Assembly: GCA_034780895.1 (NCBI GenBank)
Contig: JAUZTB010000001.1
Location: forward strand, 126,438,942-126,502,941
Direction of reading: 5' to 3'
DNA length: 64,000 nt
Origin: Rhynchobatus australiae
Lineage: Eukaryota
The position numbers and the translations under genes were made by a program. Under the pieces are notes generated by a model. That model made no database searches, was not told where the DNA came from, and saw only the letters and a program-made list of their open reading frames with translations. Below are positions 13,901-26,800 of this stretch, one piece after another; within the stretch, counting starts at the first letter, position 1, and each line of letters begins with the position of its first letter.

Positions 13901-14073
13901 CAATGACTGATTCAGAATTGCACAGGGAGCACTATAGAAACAATCAATTGGTGTCAAATTCCACTTGCAGCTTAATGCCATCGGGCCAGTCTTTCCAGTA
14001 TAAAATACGACATTCAAAGAACATAAGTTACAAGTTTAATCTTAAATGGACTAGAGAAACAAATGTGACTTAC

Positions 14074-14163
14074 CTTGATGTCGGAATGTTGAGAAAAAAA
14101 CTTGGAGGAGTTCTTGTAGAAGTCAAATTTTGTATGCCATACTTTTAAAGTTTCAATCTGTTT
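14074..14163 (-). CDS. GALC: GALC exon 12 (90 nt)
   Basis: ctcttcag|AAACAG...ATCAAG|gtaagt; KQIETLKVWHTKFDFYKNSSKFFSQHSDIK (cf. human LQVWYTK). Confidence 0.92.
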
Positions 14164-15094
14164 CTGAAGAGAGTTGCAAATATCAAACCATGTTTAACCA
14201 ACATTCGGAGACTAATAGGACTAATGATATAGAAATTCAAGGATAGGAAACTCATTTAAACCTGTAAATACAGGCTCTATTACAAATGTCCCAACCCCAT
14301 CCCACAAACCTATCATAAAGAACATAAGAAATCGAAGAAAGAGATGGACAGTCAGCAATGTTTTAATGCAAATAGGTATTGAAAAAGAATGATTTTTTTG
14401 AACCATCCAAAATAAATGCAATCTACTGTGTCTGGCTCTAGCTAGAATAAATCCTCTAGGGGTCAAACTTGCTCTATGATGCACTGTAGTTTGTCCACTT
14501 AGATCCCTCTGTCTTACTACTGAGTTCACTGAGATGCCCATGCCTTTTATAACTTCTTAAGCTTAATATCGGGTCATTTTTCCACTGTAAAGAAAAAGCT
14601 CAAATATCCATCTAATTTTTCACTAATACACATATATAAATTAAAGGAATCATTTCTAAGTTGAGCCTGGATATAAGATTCCACGAGAATGTTCAAGCTG
14701 CAACACAAAGAAGAAAATGCCCCCCTCACCCCCTTTCCATAGGGCTTAAAAAGATTGGATGCCTTAAAATCTCACAAGCATTTCGGACTTGGGTCATTGA
14801 TTATGCCTTATTTCCTGCAAATATTATCCAAGTCACCACATTTAACAGAAGGGTCTCTTAATTTGTTAGGTTAGCTAATATTCTATCACAAAATTAGGAT
14901 GCAATTTGAACTGAAACCTTTGTGATCACAAGAGAGATCTTTGGATTGGGGACAAGGGGAAAGGGAGTTTTAATTCTCAGAAGTAGGTAAGTTTGGGTTG
15001 GCTGGAATGTTAAAAAGATCAGATTTGAATCCTAAGTGCAAAGTTCCTCCATAGAGACAGGGCATGGGGAGGTAAATTAAATCAGGAAATACAA

Positions 15095-15306
15095 AATATA
15101 TTAAATTACGGCTTCTTGTCCCACGTTTGTCAAATTATTCCTGGGTCTTGGGAAATCTGAAAGGTCAAAGAAAGACAAGTATTGGATTCAAGAGGAAGCA
15201 TCTTCCCTCTCGAATCCAATACTTGCCTTTCTTTGCCCTTTTAGATTTCCCAAGATCCAGGAATAATTTGCTGAACATGGGACAAGAAGCTGTAATTTAA
15301 TATATT
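15095..15306. repeat. Long near-perfect inverted repeat (~104-bp arms, 3-nt loop) in GALC intron 11
   Basis: 15095-15198 aligns by hand to the reverse complement of 15202-15306 with 10 substitutions and 1 indel. Confidence 0.95.
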
Positions 15307-16261
15307 AAAGCATCTTCCCTCATAATGGCTGAAACAACTGATCTGCTTAAGTCGTCACGAGTAAACAGACCATCACTGTCCCATACTCCTATCGACCCTA
15401 AAATTTAGTACCCTTTTGAAGACCTCCACAATGGAGATCCCAGACTACAACCATAGCCTCTGGTATCCTTATACCTGCCCACTCCATCTTTCTTTTGGTC
15501 TGCAGTTTCCGCCCCAACACCCAAACATCTCTGCTCTTCTGGCCCATCCTATTCCTCTCCTCTTCCTCTCAATAGCCTGCTGTCATGGTAGAGTAACAAA
15601 GCCACTCTCCTGCCTGAGTTCCAAGCTCCAGGTACAGGTGAGAAATGCATTGAAATAAAATTAATCAAGTTTTATTGGAACCATTCTGGGTTTTCCCAAA
15701 TATAAACTGGCCCAGCCAACCACTCCCTCCCTCCTTGGGAGCTATTATCCAATCCTTAGATTCTGTGTTAATAATAGATTAAGCACATGGAATAGTCTTA
15801 ATACATATGCCTTAGAAGTGACCCCAAAAGATCCTTCCAACTGTGAAGTATTATAAAAACAAACATGATTTCAAATAATTTAAACTAAGAAAAAAAAAGA
15901 GCATTTTCTAACTAAACCTCTTTTCACCAGCAATAGAATTAAGGAATTACTCTGAGATTGGCTCATTTCCATTCCCCTTATCGTGAGAAGCTGGCACATG
16001 GCCAAATAATGTATTATCATGGTGGAACCAGATTAGAGCCACTCTTCACAAAACTATTGTGAATTTAGCCGAAGAAACAGTAATACTTTACTGAGGTTTA
16101 AACAGTGAAGCGGAGGACATCCCCAAGAGAATTTGAACATGAGCATATTAAAAGTTTTCTACATCTCATATGAACACTGTTACTTTGTAAGTCACAAAAT
16201 GTATCTACAAAATAGCCATCCTATATCCAAACAATAGGTATTGATTAACTGCAGTACTTAC

Positions 16262-16351
16262 AAATGATCCTAGCAACTGAAAAGTTGCTTTCTGCTGAAA
16301 GACCTTGAAAGGTGGCAGTGGAGGCCGGATACATATTGAATGATCATGGGT
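16262..16351 (-). CDS. GALC: GALC exon 11 (90 nt)
   Basis: cttag|ACCCAT...TCATTT|gtaagt; THDHSICIRPPLPPFKVFQQKATFQLLGSF (conserved CIRP). Confidence 0.95.
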
Positions 16352-16549
16352 CTAAGTTTAAAAACAGTAGCTTTAAAATGTTGCTCAATATTAAAATATA
16401 CCAGTTACAAGACAAAAAGCAATGCAATGACAGACATAATTCTAAAGTTACATTGAATCAAGGAGCCCATTGAAATACAGGTTGTTAAATTTATCTCTAC
16501 TACAAGTGGCAAAGTTGTTCTGCACATTGTTTGTNNNNNNNNNNNNNNT

Positions 16550-16925
16550 GCTTGTTCATGTGTCAAAGTGCCTCTTAAACATTGCTATTTGTATCTGCTT
16601 CCACCACCACTCCGGCAGTGCATTCCAGCCACCTACCTCTGTGTAAAACTTGCCTCACACATCTCTTTCAAACTTTTCCCCCTCTCACCTTAAATCTATA
16701 CCTGCTAGTATATGACATTTCCACCTTGGAAAATAGACTATCTACCCTATCTATGCCTCTAATAATTTTGCATACTTCTATCAGGTTTCTCCTCAGCCTC
16801 TGACATTCCAGAGAAAACAATCCAAGTTGTCCAACCTCTCCTTATAGCTATTACCCTCTAATCCACGCAACATCCTGATGAACCTCTTCTGAACCCTCTC
16901 TAGAGCCTCCACATGCTTTCTGAAT
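16550..16925 (-). mobile_element. CR1-clade LINE 3' fragment
   Basis: Reverse complement of gaggctgaggagaaacctgatagaagtatgcaaaattattagaggcatagatagggtagatag. Confidence 0.85.
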
Positions 16926-17049
16926 GACTTTTATCTATTTTCTACATGGCACTTACTTATCACTACAAGAGTCGTATATTCATCACCATCTTTGAAGTTC
17001 CACTTAATGGAAAAATGGTAGGATTTATTCAACAGTCATAACTGGTGTC

Positions 17050-17310
17050 TTGCAAATTATAGAAGGTATTTGCAGAGACAGGAGAAAGTCAGGAGTCGAG
17101 TCCCTTGCTGAAGAATACTGTTTCCACAGCAAATGATTGATTGGTCCAGGTTAGCTTCTGATCAAAGGTAACCTCCAGGATAATGCTGGTGAATCACAAT
17201 ACACATCAAAGGTGGATAGTGATACTTCCTTTGTCAGAGATGTCCATTGCTAGGCACTTGAGGGTCTCAGTGGTAACTACTACTTATCACTGCAATTCCG
17301 ATTGGTTATA
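17050..17310 (-). mobile_element. Old LINE RT C-terminal fragment (CR1 group)
   Basis: Degenerate minus-strand reading resembling DKWQVTF..KC.AM.IS...ILGVT.DQKL.WT. Confidence 0.5.
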
Positions 17311-18383
17311 GACTTCCCTTGCATATTGTTTGGAGAGGGCCTCTCTCCAGCTGTATTGTTTTTTCTCCTTTCACTAATGACTTAATGAAGGTTTGTCCCA
17401 GCAAGACTGCAAAAGATTCAGCAGTCGACAATGGAGTGGCAGACCATCTCCAGTGCCGTGGTACAGGGTGGGATCCAACTGCAATCTCTGTCTGAACAAG
17501 CCAATGCTTAACTCCAGTGCTGCTTATTCTTGGAAAGGTTCCTACCACATGGATGTTATAGCTGATATAAGTACTTTCAAGAGTCACAAGAAAAGCAAAG
17601 GGCCATGCTTAGAGGAGATAACTCAATTTCCCAAAGCCATCTATTAGTACATTATGACAGACAAAATATGGTGGGCACAACAGACAGATTCAGAATAAAA
17701 ATACCACGCTTCCTGGTTTCAGGATGCTGAAGAACATGGTTCTTCTGCCAGTGGTTGTGTACAACAAGTTGCAAGCGCAGGGAGTGATGAGCCCTTCTGT
17801 TGCATTGCAGATCAGGTTCCTACGTAGAGGTCTTTACACTTTAACAATTGCAGAATGTCACTCCCTGAAACTTGAAGGATGCTACCTCAGAATGCCCATC
17901 CTACCTATAGCTTTCTGTTTGAGCAGGAGATAAATTTTCATCTCCCTCAGCAACTGATATGGTGAGCAGAATGTGGCAGGTATCATTGGCCACTTGAAAT
18001 GATTGGGAGTCTGATGATCAGGACCACCTTGATCATGGCTTCACAGAGAGTGATCTAGGCAAAGATGCAGCTTGAAACTCTGCCAACAGCAGACCTCACT
18101 GATCACTTGCTTTGAAGCCTCAGCCTCCACTGATATGTGAGGAAAGGAGCAGTGATACTCGTGGAACTCTTGATACTTGGTGAGTATACACTCTTTGCCA
18201 GAACCTTTGATCCCTTCCTCCTTTGCCTATCTCTCGCAAGGTGGCTCTGCCTTGTGGGTTCTGTTCCTGATAATAGTGGAGCCCTCGCATGTCCAATACT
18301 AAGGCATCCATGCTGCTCCCAAAATTATTGCAACCTTCAAATGACCAATTATTAAGCAAGTTCAGTGAATGTGGGCAGATTCA

Positions 18384-18596
<213 letters not shown>

Positions 18597-19422
18597 TTAG
18601 TTTAGGAAGCACATAAAACATGCAGTGATTTGATATATATTTTACTGTGTATATATCACTGATATTTTTACTATGTTTGTAAAGTGCACATTGTCCTTTT
18701 ACATTATTGTAGATAAACAAATAGAAACCAAAACTAGCAGTGCCAACTCATTTTATATAATGAACCTCTAACAAATCATATTAACCCTCATTCACCCATA
18801 ATCAACTAATTTCCTTTGAATCATGGTCTAATCATTCTAAAATGAATTTATTTAATTAATTCATCACGTCCTTCATTTCATAGTTTGCAATTATGCTGTA
18901 CAACTTGTTTTCTGACTAGATTCTTGACCTGAAACATTAATGTGAGCTTTCTTTTCAAATTATGAAGGAATTTCTCTATTTTCAAAATGTTCTAACTTAG
19001 TGAATTGCTTGGATCATGAACAGAGAGTGTGTGTCAGGAAAAATTAAGTCATGTTGGCAACCATAATAGTATAATGTCATTTTATATGCAAAACACAGCC
19101 TAGGCTAAATTTTGTCCTAATCCACAGCAGGTATGAAATCGATCAATGCTTAAACTTGGATAGCTGTAAAGGCTATAGTAGATCAACACATAAAGGAGAA
19201 TGAAATGGAAGTGTAATATTGATCAAACAGAAACAGTATACAAGTATTGGGCCAAATGGCCTCTTACTGTACTGTACATATTAGGCAAAGCTACATTGTT
19301 GGTGATTAAACAAGATCAATCTTGACCAGCTGCCTTGACCTCCAATTGCAATATTTGGAATACTTAAGACTTAAATCACATGCTTAATTACATTATTATT
19401 GGATATCGTGTGCCACAAACAC

Positions 19423-19719
19423 GTAGGGTGTTTATTAAAGTCATAAACAGAAATGTAATTTAATGATGAGCTATACTATCACTGCACCAATTTGAGCAGA
19501 GGGAAGAGTCATTAAAAAGAGAAAGGCATCATCTTCCTTTACNNNNNNNNNNNNNNNNNNNNNNNNNNNNNNNNNNNNNNNNNNNNNNNNNNNNNNNNNN
19601 NNNNNNNNNNNNNNNNNNNNNNNNNNNNNNNNNNNNNNNNNNATACTATCACTGCACCAATTTGAGCAGAGGGAAGAGTCATTAAAAAGAGAAAGGCATC
19701 ATCTTCCTTTACCCTTGTT
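19423..19719. repeat. Copy 1 of a ~125-bp direct duplication (partly written twice across the 100-N gap); copy 2 at 22607-22733
   Basis: gtagggtgtttattaaagtcataaacag...catcatcttcctttacccttgtt at both loci, with 2 substitutions. Confidence 0.9.
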
Positions 19720-20161
19720 TGCATAAAATCATCTCTCTTCCTTTACTCTTGTTTGCATAAAATCATCTCTCTTTACCTTTGATGACCCGTTACAGAACCA
19801 AACATATCAGTTGAAATCTGGAGAATTACATTGGAAACATCTCCAATGTAATTTTTCCATCAACAAGAGTCTTTGCAGAAGAGTTTTTACATAATACACC
19901 AAGCTTCACAAGCCAATAACCCCATTTGATATTATGTGCTAAGAGTAAGCAAAAGGCAAATAAATGGTATTCAGAAATTTCAGAAAAATAGCAGGAGTGA
20001 TTTCCTTTAAAAACTGAAAATATGAAATATAATTCAACATGGTGCAGAAAGTGTACTTTAGGTTGAAAATGAATAATTTCAATTCACTTCAGTTTGGTGT
20101 AATGTGTGAGATGTGGACTTTTTAAGATCCTATAAAGTCTGAACTTTGCATTAATGTTCAC

Positions 20162-20286
20162 CTGTAATCCAAATAGGTGACTGCACTTCATAGTGCCCAC
20201 TCCAGGGTTCATCTGCTGTCATCAGCCCATCCAAGCCAAATGGCAACTCTTTATAGTAACTTGCCAACAGATTCCATGCGATTGTA
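20162..20286 (-). CDS. GALC: GALC exon 9 (125 nt)
   Basis: ttttctag|TACAATC...TTACAG|gtgaac; [41 protein letters not shown]. Confidence 0.97.
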
Positions 20287-20434
20287 CTAGAAAAAAGCAC
20301 AGCAGTGGAATGTAATTTAACTTCACAATAAACATCAAAAACATTTTAACCTTGAGAGGTCTGATCTTCTCATTTTGTTTTATTACATAAGCATCTTCAT
20401 AACTACAATACTTAAACTTGAAAAAAAAACTTTA

Positions 20435-20755
20435 TTTATAACATAAGGCATTCAACCTATCAGTCCATCCCAGCTTTCAACACCAAAATCCCATGTCCCG
20501 TTCCTCTTTTCCTGTAGCCCCACCACTTCTCTCTCAAATGACCACCAACTCCTCTTGCCTCCACTAAAGGGTAATTTGTAATTGCCAGTTAACCTACTGG
20601 CATGCTTTTGGGACTTGAGAAGAAACTGGAGAAACCTGATGAGTTCACAGGGACAATATGCAAACTCCACACAGACAGCATCGGACATCAGGATCAAATT
20701 TGGGGTCATGCAGCAAAGAGGCAAAAGCACTAATTCTGCGCTACCACGCTGCTAC
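20435..20755 (-). mobile_element. HE1-like V-SINE
   Basis: Minus strand shows a tRNA-like head, then tgctgtctgtgtggagtttgcata (V-domain), then a CR1-like tail. Confidence 0.75.
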
Positions 20756-21124
20756 AGTTTGCTTTAGAATACTGCACAGAGATGTTCTGTTAACTAAATT
20801 AGACTTAGATTAGGGAACCCTGNNNNNNNNNNCCCTGGCAAACGAGGGGCATTGAGGTTTTGGCCAGGAGAAAGGAGACCAGTGTCAGCTATAGAGAGGC
20901 AGCTGCGATCAAGCGACTCTTGTGTACAAGAGATGTAGGAGTACACTTAAGGAGGAAATCAAGAGGGCAAAAAGAGTGCATGACTACTTTTTCAAGCCAG
21001 TCAGGGCTAGATAATCAATGCAGCCTTATCATCATAGTCTATATCCCAATAGCCAGTTTGCTTTTGAATGTCGACAGAGGTATATACTTGTTTTTGGTTT
21101 ATTTTATCTATATTTAGTACTTAC

Positions 21125-21280
21125 GAAGTCATATTGCCATTAACATAATTCTGGTTAAGTATTCGAGCCCAACACCCTCCTCCTACATTATTATCAACAG
21201 TACTGTAGTCTTCAGATGACCACAGCTTCTTGCCAGTCTTCCTAGCATTGCTGCTTGAAACTGTTCCAGGATAATGGGCT
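21125..21280 (-). CDS. GALC: GALC exon 8 (156 nt), contains catalytic nucleophile Glu (WSSED)
   Basis: cttag|AGCCCAT...ACTTC|gtaagt; [51 protein letters not shown](S). Confidence 0.97.
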
Positions 21281-21327
21281 CTAAGGTATGAAATAGAACA
21301 TTCATAATGTTAAATGCATTTCATTTT

Positions 21328-21560
21328 TAAACAACTTGCATTTATATCCTATATTTAATGTAGCAAAATATCCCAAACCAATTAATAAACAGAAATTAAT
21401 AAAACATATTTTGACATTGAACCATAGAGGAAGATGCCTAACAACTTGGGTAAAAAAGTATGTTTTTAAATGCATCCTAAAGGTGAGAGAATTGGAGGAG
21501 CAAGGTTGAGGCAGAGAAACTGAGCTATGATTTTAATGGAGACAAGAATATCACAGTTGG
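21328..21560 (-). mobile_element. L2-like LINE 3' end
   Basis: acaacttgcatttatatcc...tttaatgtagcaaaatatccc, the reversed L2-type terminus. Confidence 0.55.
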
Positions 21561-22606
21561 TGCGAGGGTCTGATTTAACAATTTCACAGAAATGTCACTC
21601 TAAATTTCAGACAAAAGGTAGATGGTTGCAAATTACAGTAGTAAATAACAAAAAAATACAAGTCTTTTGCCTCAGGAAGAGGGAAGAGGAATGTGTACAG
21701 ATAATTATACAAGGAAACAATACGAGAGTGGCAGTTATGATAGGTGCAGAGAGGCAAAGCAAGATTGTGGGCCAAATAAACATAGATATTGTTTCTAGAG
21801 GTATCTGGCCTAATGATCCAGAAACACAAATTCAAATCTGAAGAGAGCAGCTGAAGAAGTCAAAGTCAGTTAATTAAATACCATGATGAAACAAAAAGCG
21901 AACAGTGCAGGAATGGGTGCTGTGAAACTATTGGATTGTGAGGGAAATGTGTCTTCATTTTCAAGAAAGGGAGTCTTCCCTCTTTCATCTGACTCAAGTC
22001 CCAAGCAATTTGGTTGACTCCTATATACCCTCTGAAATAGTTTAGTAAACTATGGAAGATTAAATGTATGTAATAAATGTTGACCTGGTTAGCAACACAC
22101 ATGGCATGAGTGATGAAGAAAAAATAAGATCAAAGGGTTGGGAAACATTATGAAAATAGAGAAAGAGATTTATGGAAGAAATTTAAAGCACAGAAACCAT
22201 GAGTTAGGTTAGAGGTTGAAATCACCAACAACATGAAATCATTCAGTATAAGAGCAAAGAAAAGATTTCTGCAAGAAACTTGATGTGAAACTTGGCGGCA
22301 CTGCCAAACTAGAGGTACTGAAGCAGTGGTAATGCCTGGACTTAATGATTTGGAGATGCTCCAGTCTCACCATGAATTTGGTGCAAGTCTGGAATTTAAA
22401 GCTACTTGTCAATAATGGTGATCACAAAACGACCTTTCCTTATGCAGCCTGACCCATACAATGATATGTCTGATGCATAACTACCCCAAGCCAAATCAGA
22501 CAAAACCTGTGTTGGGTAACAAATGCTAGGCTTATCAGTGATGCTGATCTAACATGAAAATATAAAAAAGTACAATAATTTGGGGTGGGAAGTAGCAGGA
22601 GGAAAA

Positions 22607-22733
22607 GTAGGGTGTTTATTAAAGTCATAAACAGAAATGTAATTTAGTAATGAGCTATACTATCACTGCACCAATTTGAGCAGAGGGAAGAGTCATTAAA
22701 AAGAGAAAGGCATCATCTTCCTTTACCCTTGTT
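22607..22733. repeat. Copy 2 of the ~125-bp direct duplication
   Basis: Direct match to 19423-19542 and 19643-19719. Confidence 0.9.
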
Positions 22734-25439
22734 CTATTAAGACCATGATTCTAATGGGATTAACTACAGTAAGATGACGACAAATGACAAGTGTCATGTT
22801 TGCAATGAATATGCAATCCAGGGGGATACATGGAGGGGCTGAGGGTTGCAATGATGTCATTGTAAGTGTCCACAGGATTAGAACTGGGAGTGATGAGAGG
22901 AGGTTAGCAACATCATACCCTGCTAGGGAAGGGGAGTGTGGGATAGAGCAACTGGAGTTGCTGTTTACTTAAGTGGCAGTGACAAGTGCCTTATTGGGTC
23001 TTTTAGAGGATGTCAAGGGAAATACAAAGGGAAGCTACAGGATTGTTTAAAAGGGAAAGGATGACAAGACGAAAGTAAGAGTGGGAAAGATGATATTTGC
23101 GGAAACATTGGAGTTTGGGTGATACACAGATGGGCTGAAAAAGTTAACCATAATGCCCAGGAGTATCAGAAATTTAAAAAAAGTGAGGAATGAGAAGTGA
23201 TAGCCTCCAGCTTGTGGCAACACCCGAAACTGGCATGAAGAAACTACATTACGTTGATATGGTTACATAACCAATCGTGAAATCTACACACTGAAATGCC
23301 TTAGGAGCAGAGACAACATGAGGGAAAGCTACTGTTAAAGGCTTGTTGGAATCTAGATGAAATCAGTGAAGAACCTATGATCACATGCTGAGACTGCTGA
23401 ATGAGCTCACAGGTTATTTGATGGGCAGAACATTGAGGCATGTGTTTCAAATGAATTAATTAATTCACATTTCAATATTGAAACAGCGAATGCTTTGCCT
23501 AGTCTTTCAAGTGAGGAAGACATAGCCATTACTGCTCTGTGACTCAATGCTGATACATCTTAAAAGATCTAATAACAAATCATCATCTCTCCATGACAAA
23601 TAGAATCAAGAATTTCAGTAAAACAAAATTTTCTGTTTATGTTAAAGACAAGTTACATGATTTAAATGTAATTCTTCTGTTGTCACTGTTTGTATAAAAC
23701 ATTGTTTCAAACACAGATAAGACGAGACCCTTGAGATAACTTGATTGTGACACGGCATAGGATTGAAGCACATGCTTCAGTGAAAGTTTCATCTGCCCAG
23801 CCTTCACAAGACAGTGTTAGGAGATTGAAATTGAATATAAAAAGATTTATCATCCAATTTTNNNNNNNNNNNNNNNNNNNNNNNNNNNNNNNNNNNNNNN
23901 NNNNNNNNNNNNNNNNNNNNNNNNNNNNNNNNNNNNNNNNNNNNNNNNNNNNNNNNNNNNNCCAAAAGTGAGAAATAAGGTATTGAAAAAGATGATTAGC
24001 CACGATTGTATTGAATGGTAGAACAGGCTCAAAGGGCTGAATGATCTGGTCCTGTTCCTATGTTCCATGTTATAAACAAAATCATCACTGAGACAGAGAT
24101 AGAAATACATGAGTAAGGGAAAAATACACTCACTTAGAATAGTACAAGGTAAAAAGTGAAAAATGATTATGTTGGAGATAGACAGCCACAAGTCAGAGAT
24201 ATCTTCCTATTATTTTTACCTGAAAGCACGAAGATGCTTCATATTCTTCAGCCATAATGGAATGAATGACAATGCGATAAGGTGACGATTAAAAATCTTG
24301 ATGTTTCCTGTCAGACTAAGTGCAATCAAATGGGTGCAAACCAGCACAAATAAAAAGGACAGGACAATGCAGTCATGTGCATGCCTACAAAAAGAATATA
24401 TTCAGACTTGTGAAAGTAGAAGTCATAATTACTAGTTGCTCATGGGCAACATCTAAAGCTGCAAAAGCCAGATTTTTATATAAAAAGAATAAATGCTGCA
24501 AGTATGTAGTGGGTCAGGCAGCACCTGTGGAGAGAGAAACAGAATTAACATTATAAATTGATAACCCTTCATCAGAACTGCTAATCAAAGCATCCAGTTC
24601 AGATAAAAGTTCCTGACCTGAAATACTGAGAAAAGATGGGGGTGGCATACTACCCTTTAGAGCAGGACAATATCATTAAAACACGCAATTGAATCCTAGA
24701 ATGGTGGACTGACTCCTGCAGCTCAGTTCTGCAGGTATCACCTGCCATGTGTTTTGGGTGTTGACAGCAGTTTCTTTCCTTCCATCATCAGGAAAGATGA
24801 TTTCCAGAGTCCTTACTATGAAATCCAGTCAGGATCAAAGAATTTGAGGGATAATCCTGACACCATCCATTTTACTCTTCTGTTTGGAAGGGTAGGCAAC
24901 TCCAGCCTCCACATTAAAAAAAAATTACCTTTTGGCGACTGGCACTTTAGGAGCAATGCCATCAGCAACCAAATAGGAGCAGAAATTGCAGTATAGCACG
25001 AGTAATTGTTTTGCAGCCTCCTGTTGCTCAAAAGGTGCATCTGGATGGGTGTACATACTTGTGGAGGCAGGTATGGACCTACTGGCACTATTCAGAGAGC
25101 AAGAAAGACATCTCTCAGTGTGCATGCCAGATTTGATGCCAGCACTACCATCAGTGAGCACCAGCCCCCAACACTACCTTAGCCTCATATCACTGAACCT
25201 GAATTGAAGTGCTATAAAGGAATCCGACTGATTTATAGAGTCATGAAGCACCTATGGGGTAGTAGCTGGATTACTTCTCCTGCCTGATGGTGCAATGCTA
25301 TGAACTTCTGGTTTTTTTCTCTACCTGGCTTCAATGGTCTGGTTACTTCTGAATTTTTTTTTGATCCTGCAATAACTTGTAATGAAACAAATTGTTTGTG
25401 TCTTTGGTGGCTTGGTGGGAATTCCTATTGGACTTAAGT

Positions 25440-26800
25440 ATGACTAGGAGGGTAATCAAAAGGCAACAGGGCAATACAAGCTGCAAGAAAAGGAAGAAGA
25501 AGAGGATGTAGAAAGCTATATGGAGGTGTATTATGTCAAATCAGACCCTTTCATGAACTAGTACCACTAATATAGTGTGCTGCGAGTGTGACACCACATG
25601 TAGGTAATCACTCTACAGCAGTCTTCTTTGCCAGCTACATTATACCAGCTAATGCAATGCAAGGGTTAGTCCCTATTGACATGGCTCAGATTCCAGTCTG
25701 GAACTTATAGACAGCAAACACAGAGCACAAGTTATGCTGCCAGGAGGAACACCTGTGTCCTCAGTCAACACTTCCTCACATTTTCACTCTGGAGGAAACT
25801 TGCAGCGCTTGGCTGATGAATGTCATGATTTGTGGCAGTCCGCAATGTGCTGGAACCAGGTACTGGGGAGAATCAGGAGCACAATGAAAGAGGAGGAGGA
25901 GGGACTTAGAAGGATTGGAGGTACAGGCAGAGAAAAAAGTACCACAAAGTCAACAGCTCTTCAGCTTGGCTTTTACATGATGACATAATTAGTGATAAAC
26001 ATAAGCTGAGCCAAATCTTCTCATTTACCTTTCATTCATGGGGAAATGGGACTAGCTCAAGTAGACAACTTGGTTGGTATGGACAAGTTGGACGGAAGGG
26101 CCTGTTTCCATGTCATGTAACTCTGTGACTCAATAACACTATTTCCTCAATCACAGCCATAGCCCTCTTTCAGAAATACAAAATTAAAAACCAAGAGGAA
26201 ATGTACATTGCAACACAAATCCACATTTTCATTCAATCACATCATAAATTAATCAGCTTGGTGCATTCTCCATCATCTGTTTGTCATTGCCTTTCCTGGT
26301 GCTTCCACAAGCTGGTTGCTCATGTTAGCAGTGTGACTGGAGCTGAGAAGAGGAGACTGCACAGAAACCTGTTTAAAGACCGAGTTCAAGTAATTAGACG
26401 TTGAACCTTAGGCTGTTCCAGAATGGACTGGCTGGCAGAAAGATCCAGGGCACTGGATGACAGGGGGAGCAGCAGTACCATCATGCTGAGAGGGGTCATC
26501 ATGAGTTAATGGTGAGTCTTCATTGCACATTCCTGCTTGATCCTCATATCTCTTTCTTCCCTATAATCTAAAAATTTATCCATCCCAGCCTTAAACATAT
26601 TCAAAGCACGCACCTCCCCCTGGGTGCAGAATTCCGAAGATTTACAACACAGAGACGAAATTCTTTCTCATCTCCATCTTAAGTGGAGAAGTGTTGCTCC
26701 TGCTCCACGCCTCTTCCATCAAGGCCTCCATTACACTGTCTGAAAACCTCACACACAGTCAGTCATTGCTCAAAGCATCAGATCGCTGCTTCAAATAACT
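25440..26800. mobile_element. Putative highly decayed PIF/Harbinger transposon relic (transposase remnant on +, Myb/SANT remnant on -)
   Basis: Plus strand HSGGNLQ...EEEEG resembles a Harbinger transposase C-terminus; minus strand 26692-26752 VRFSDSVMEALMEEAWSRSN resembles a Harbinger Myb/SANT-like N-terminus. Confidence 0.4.
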
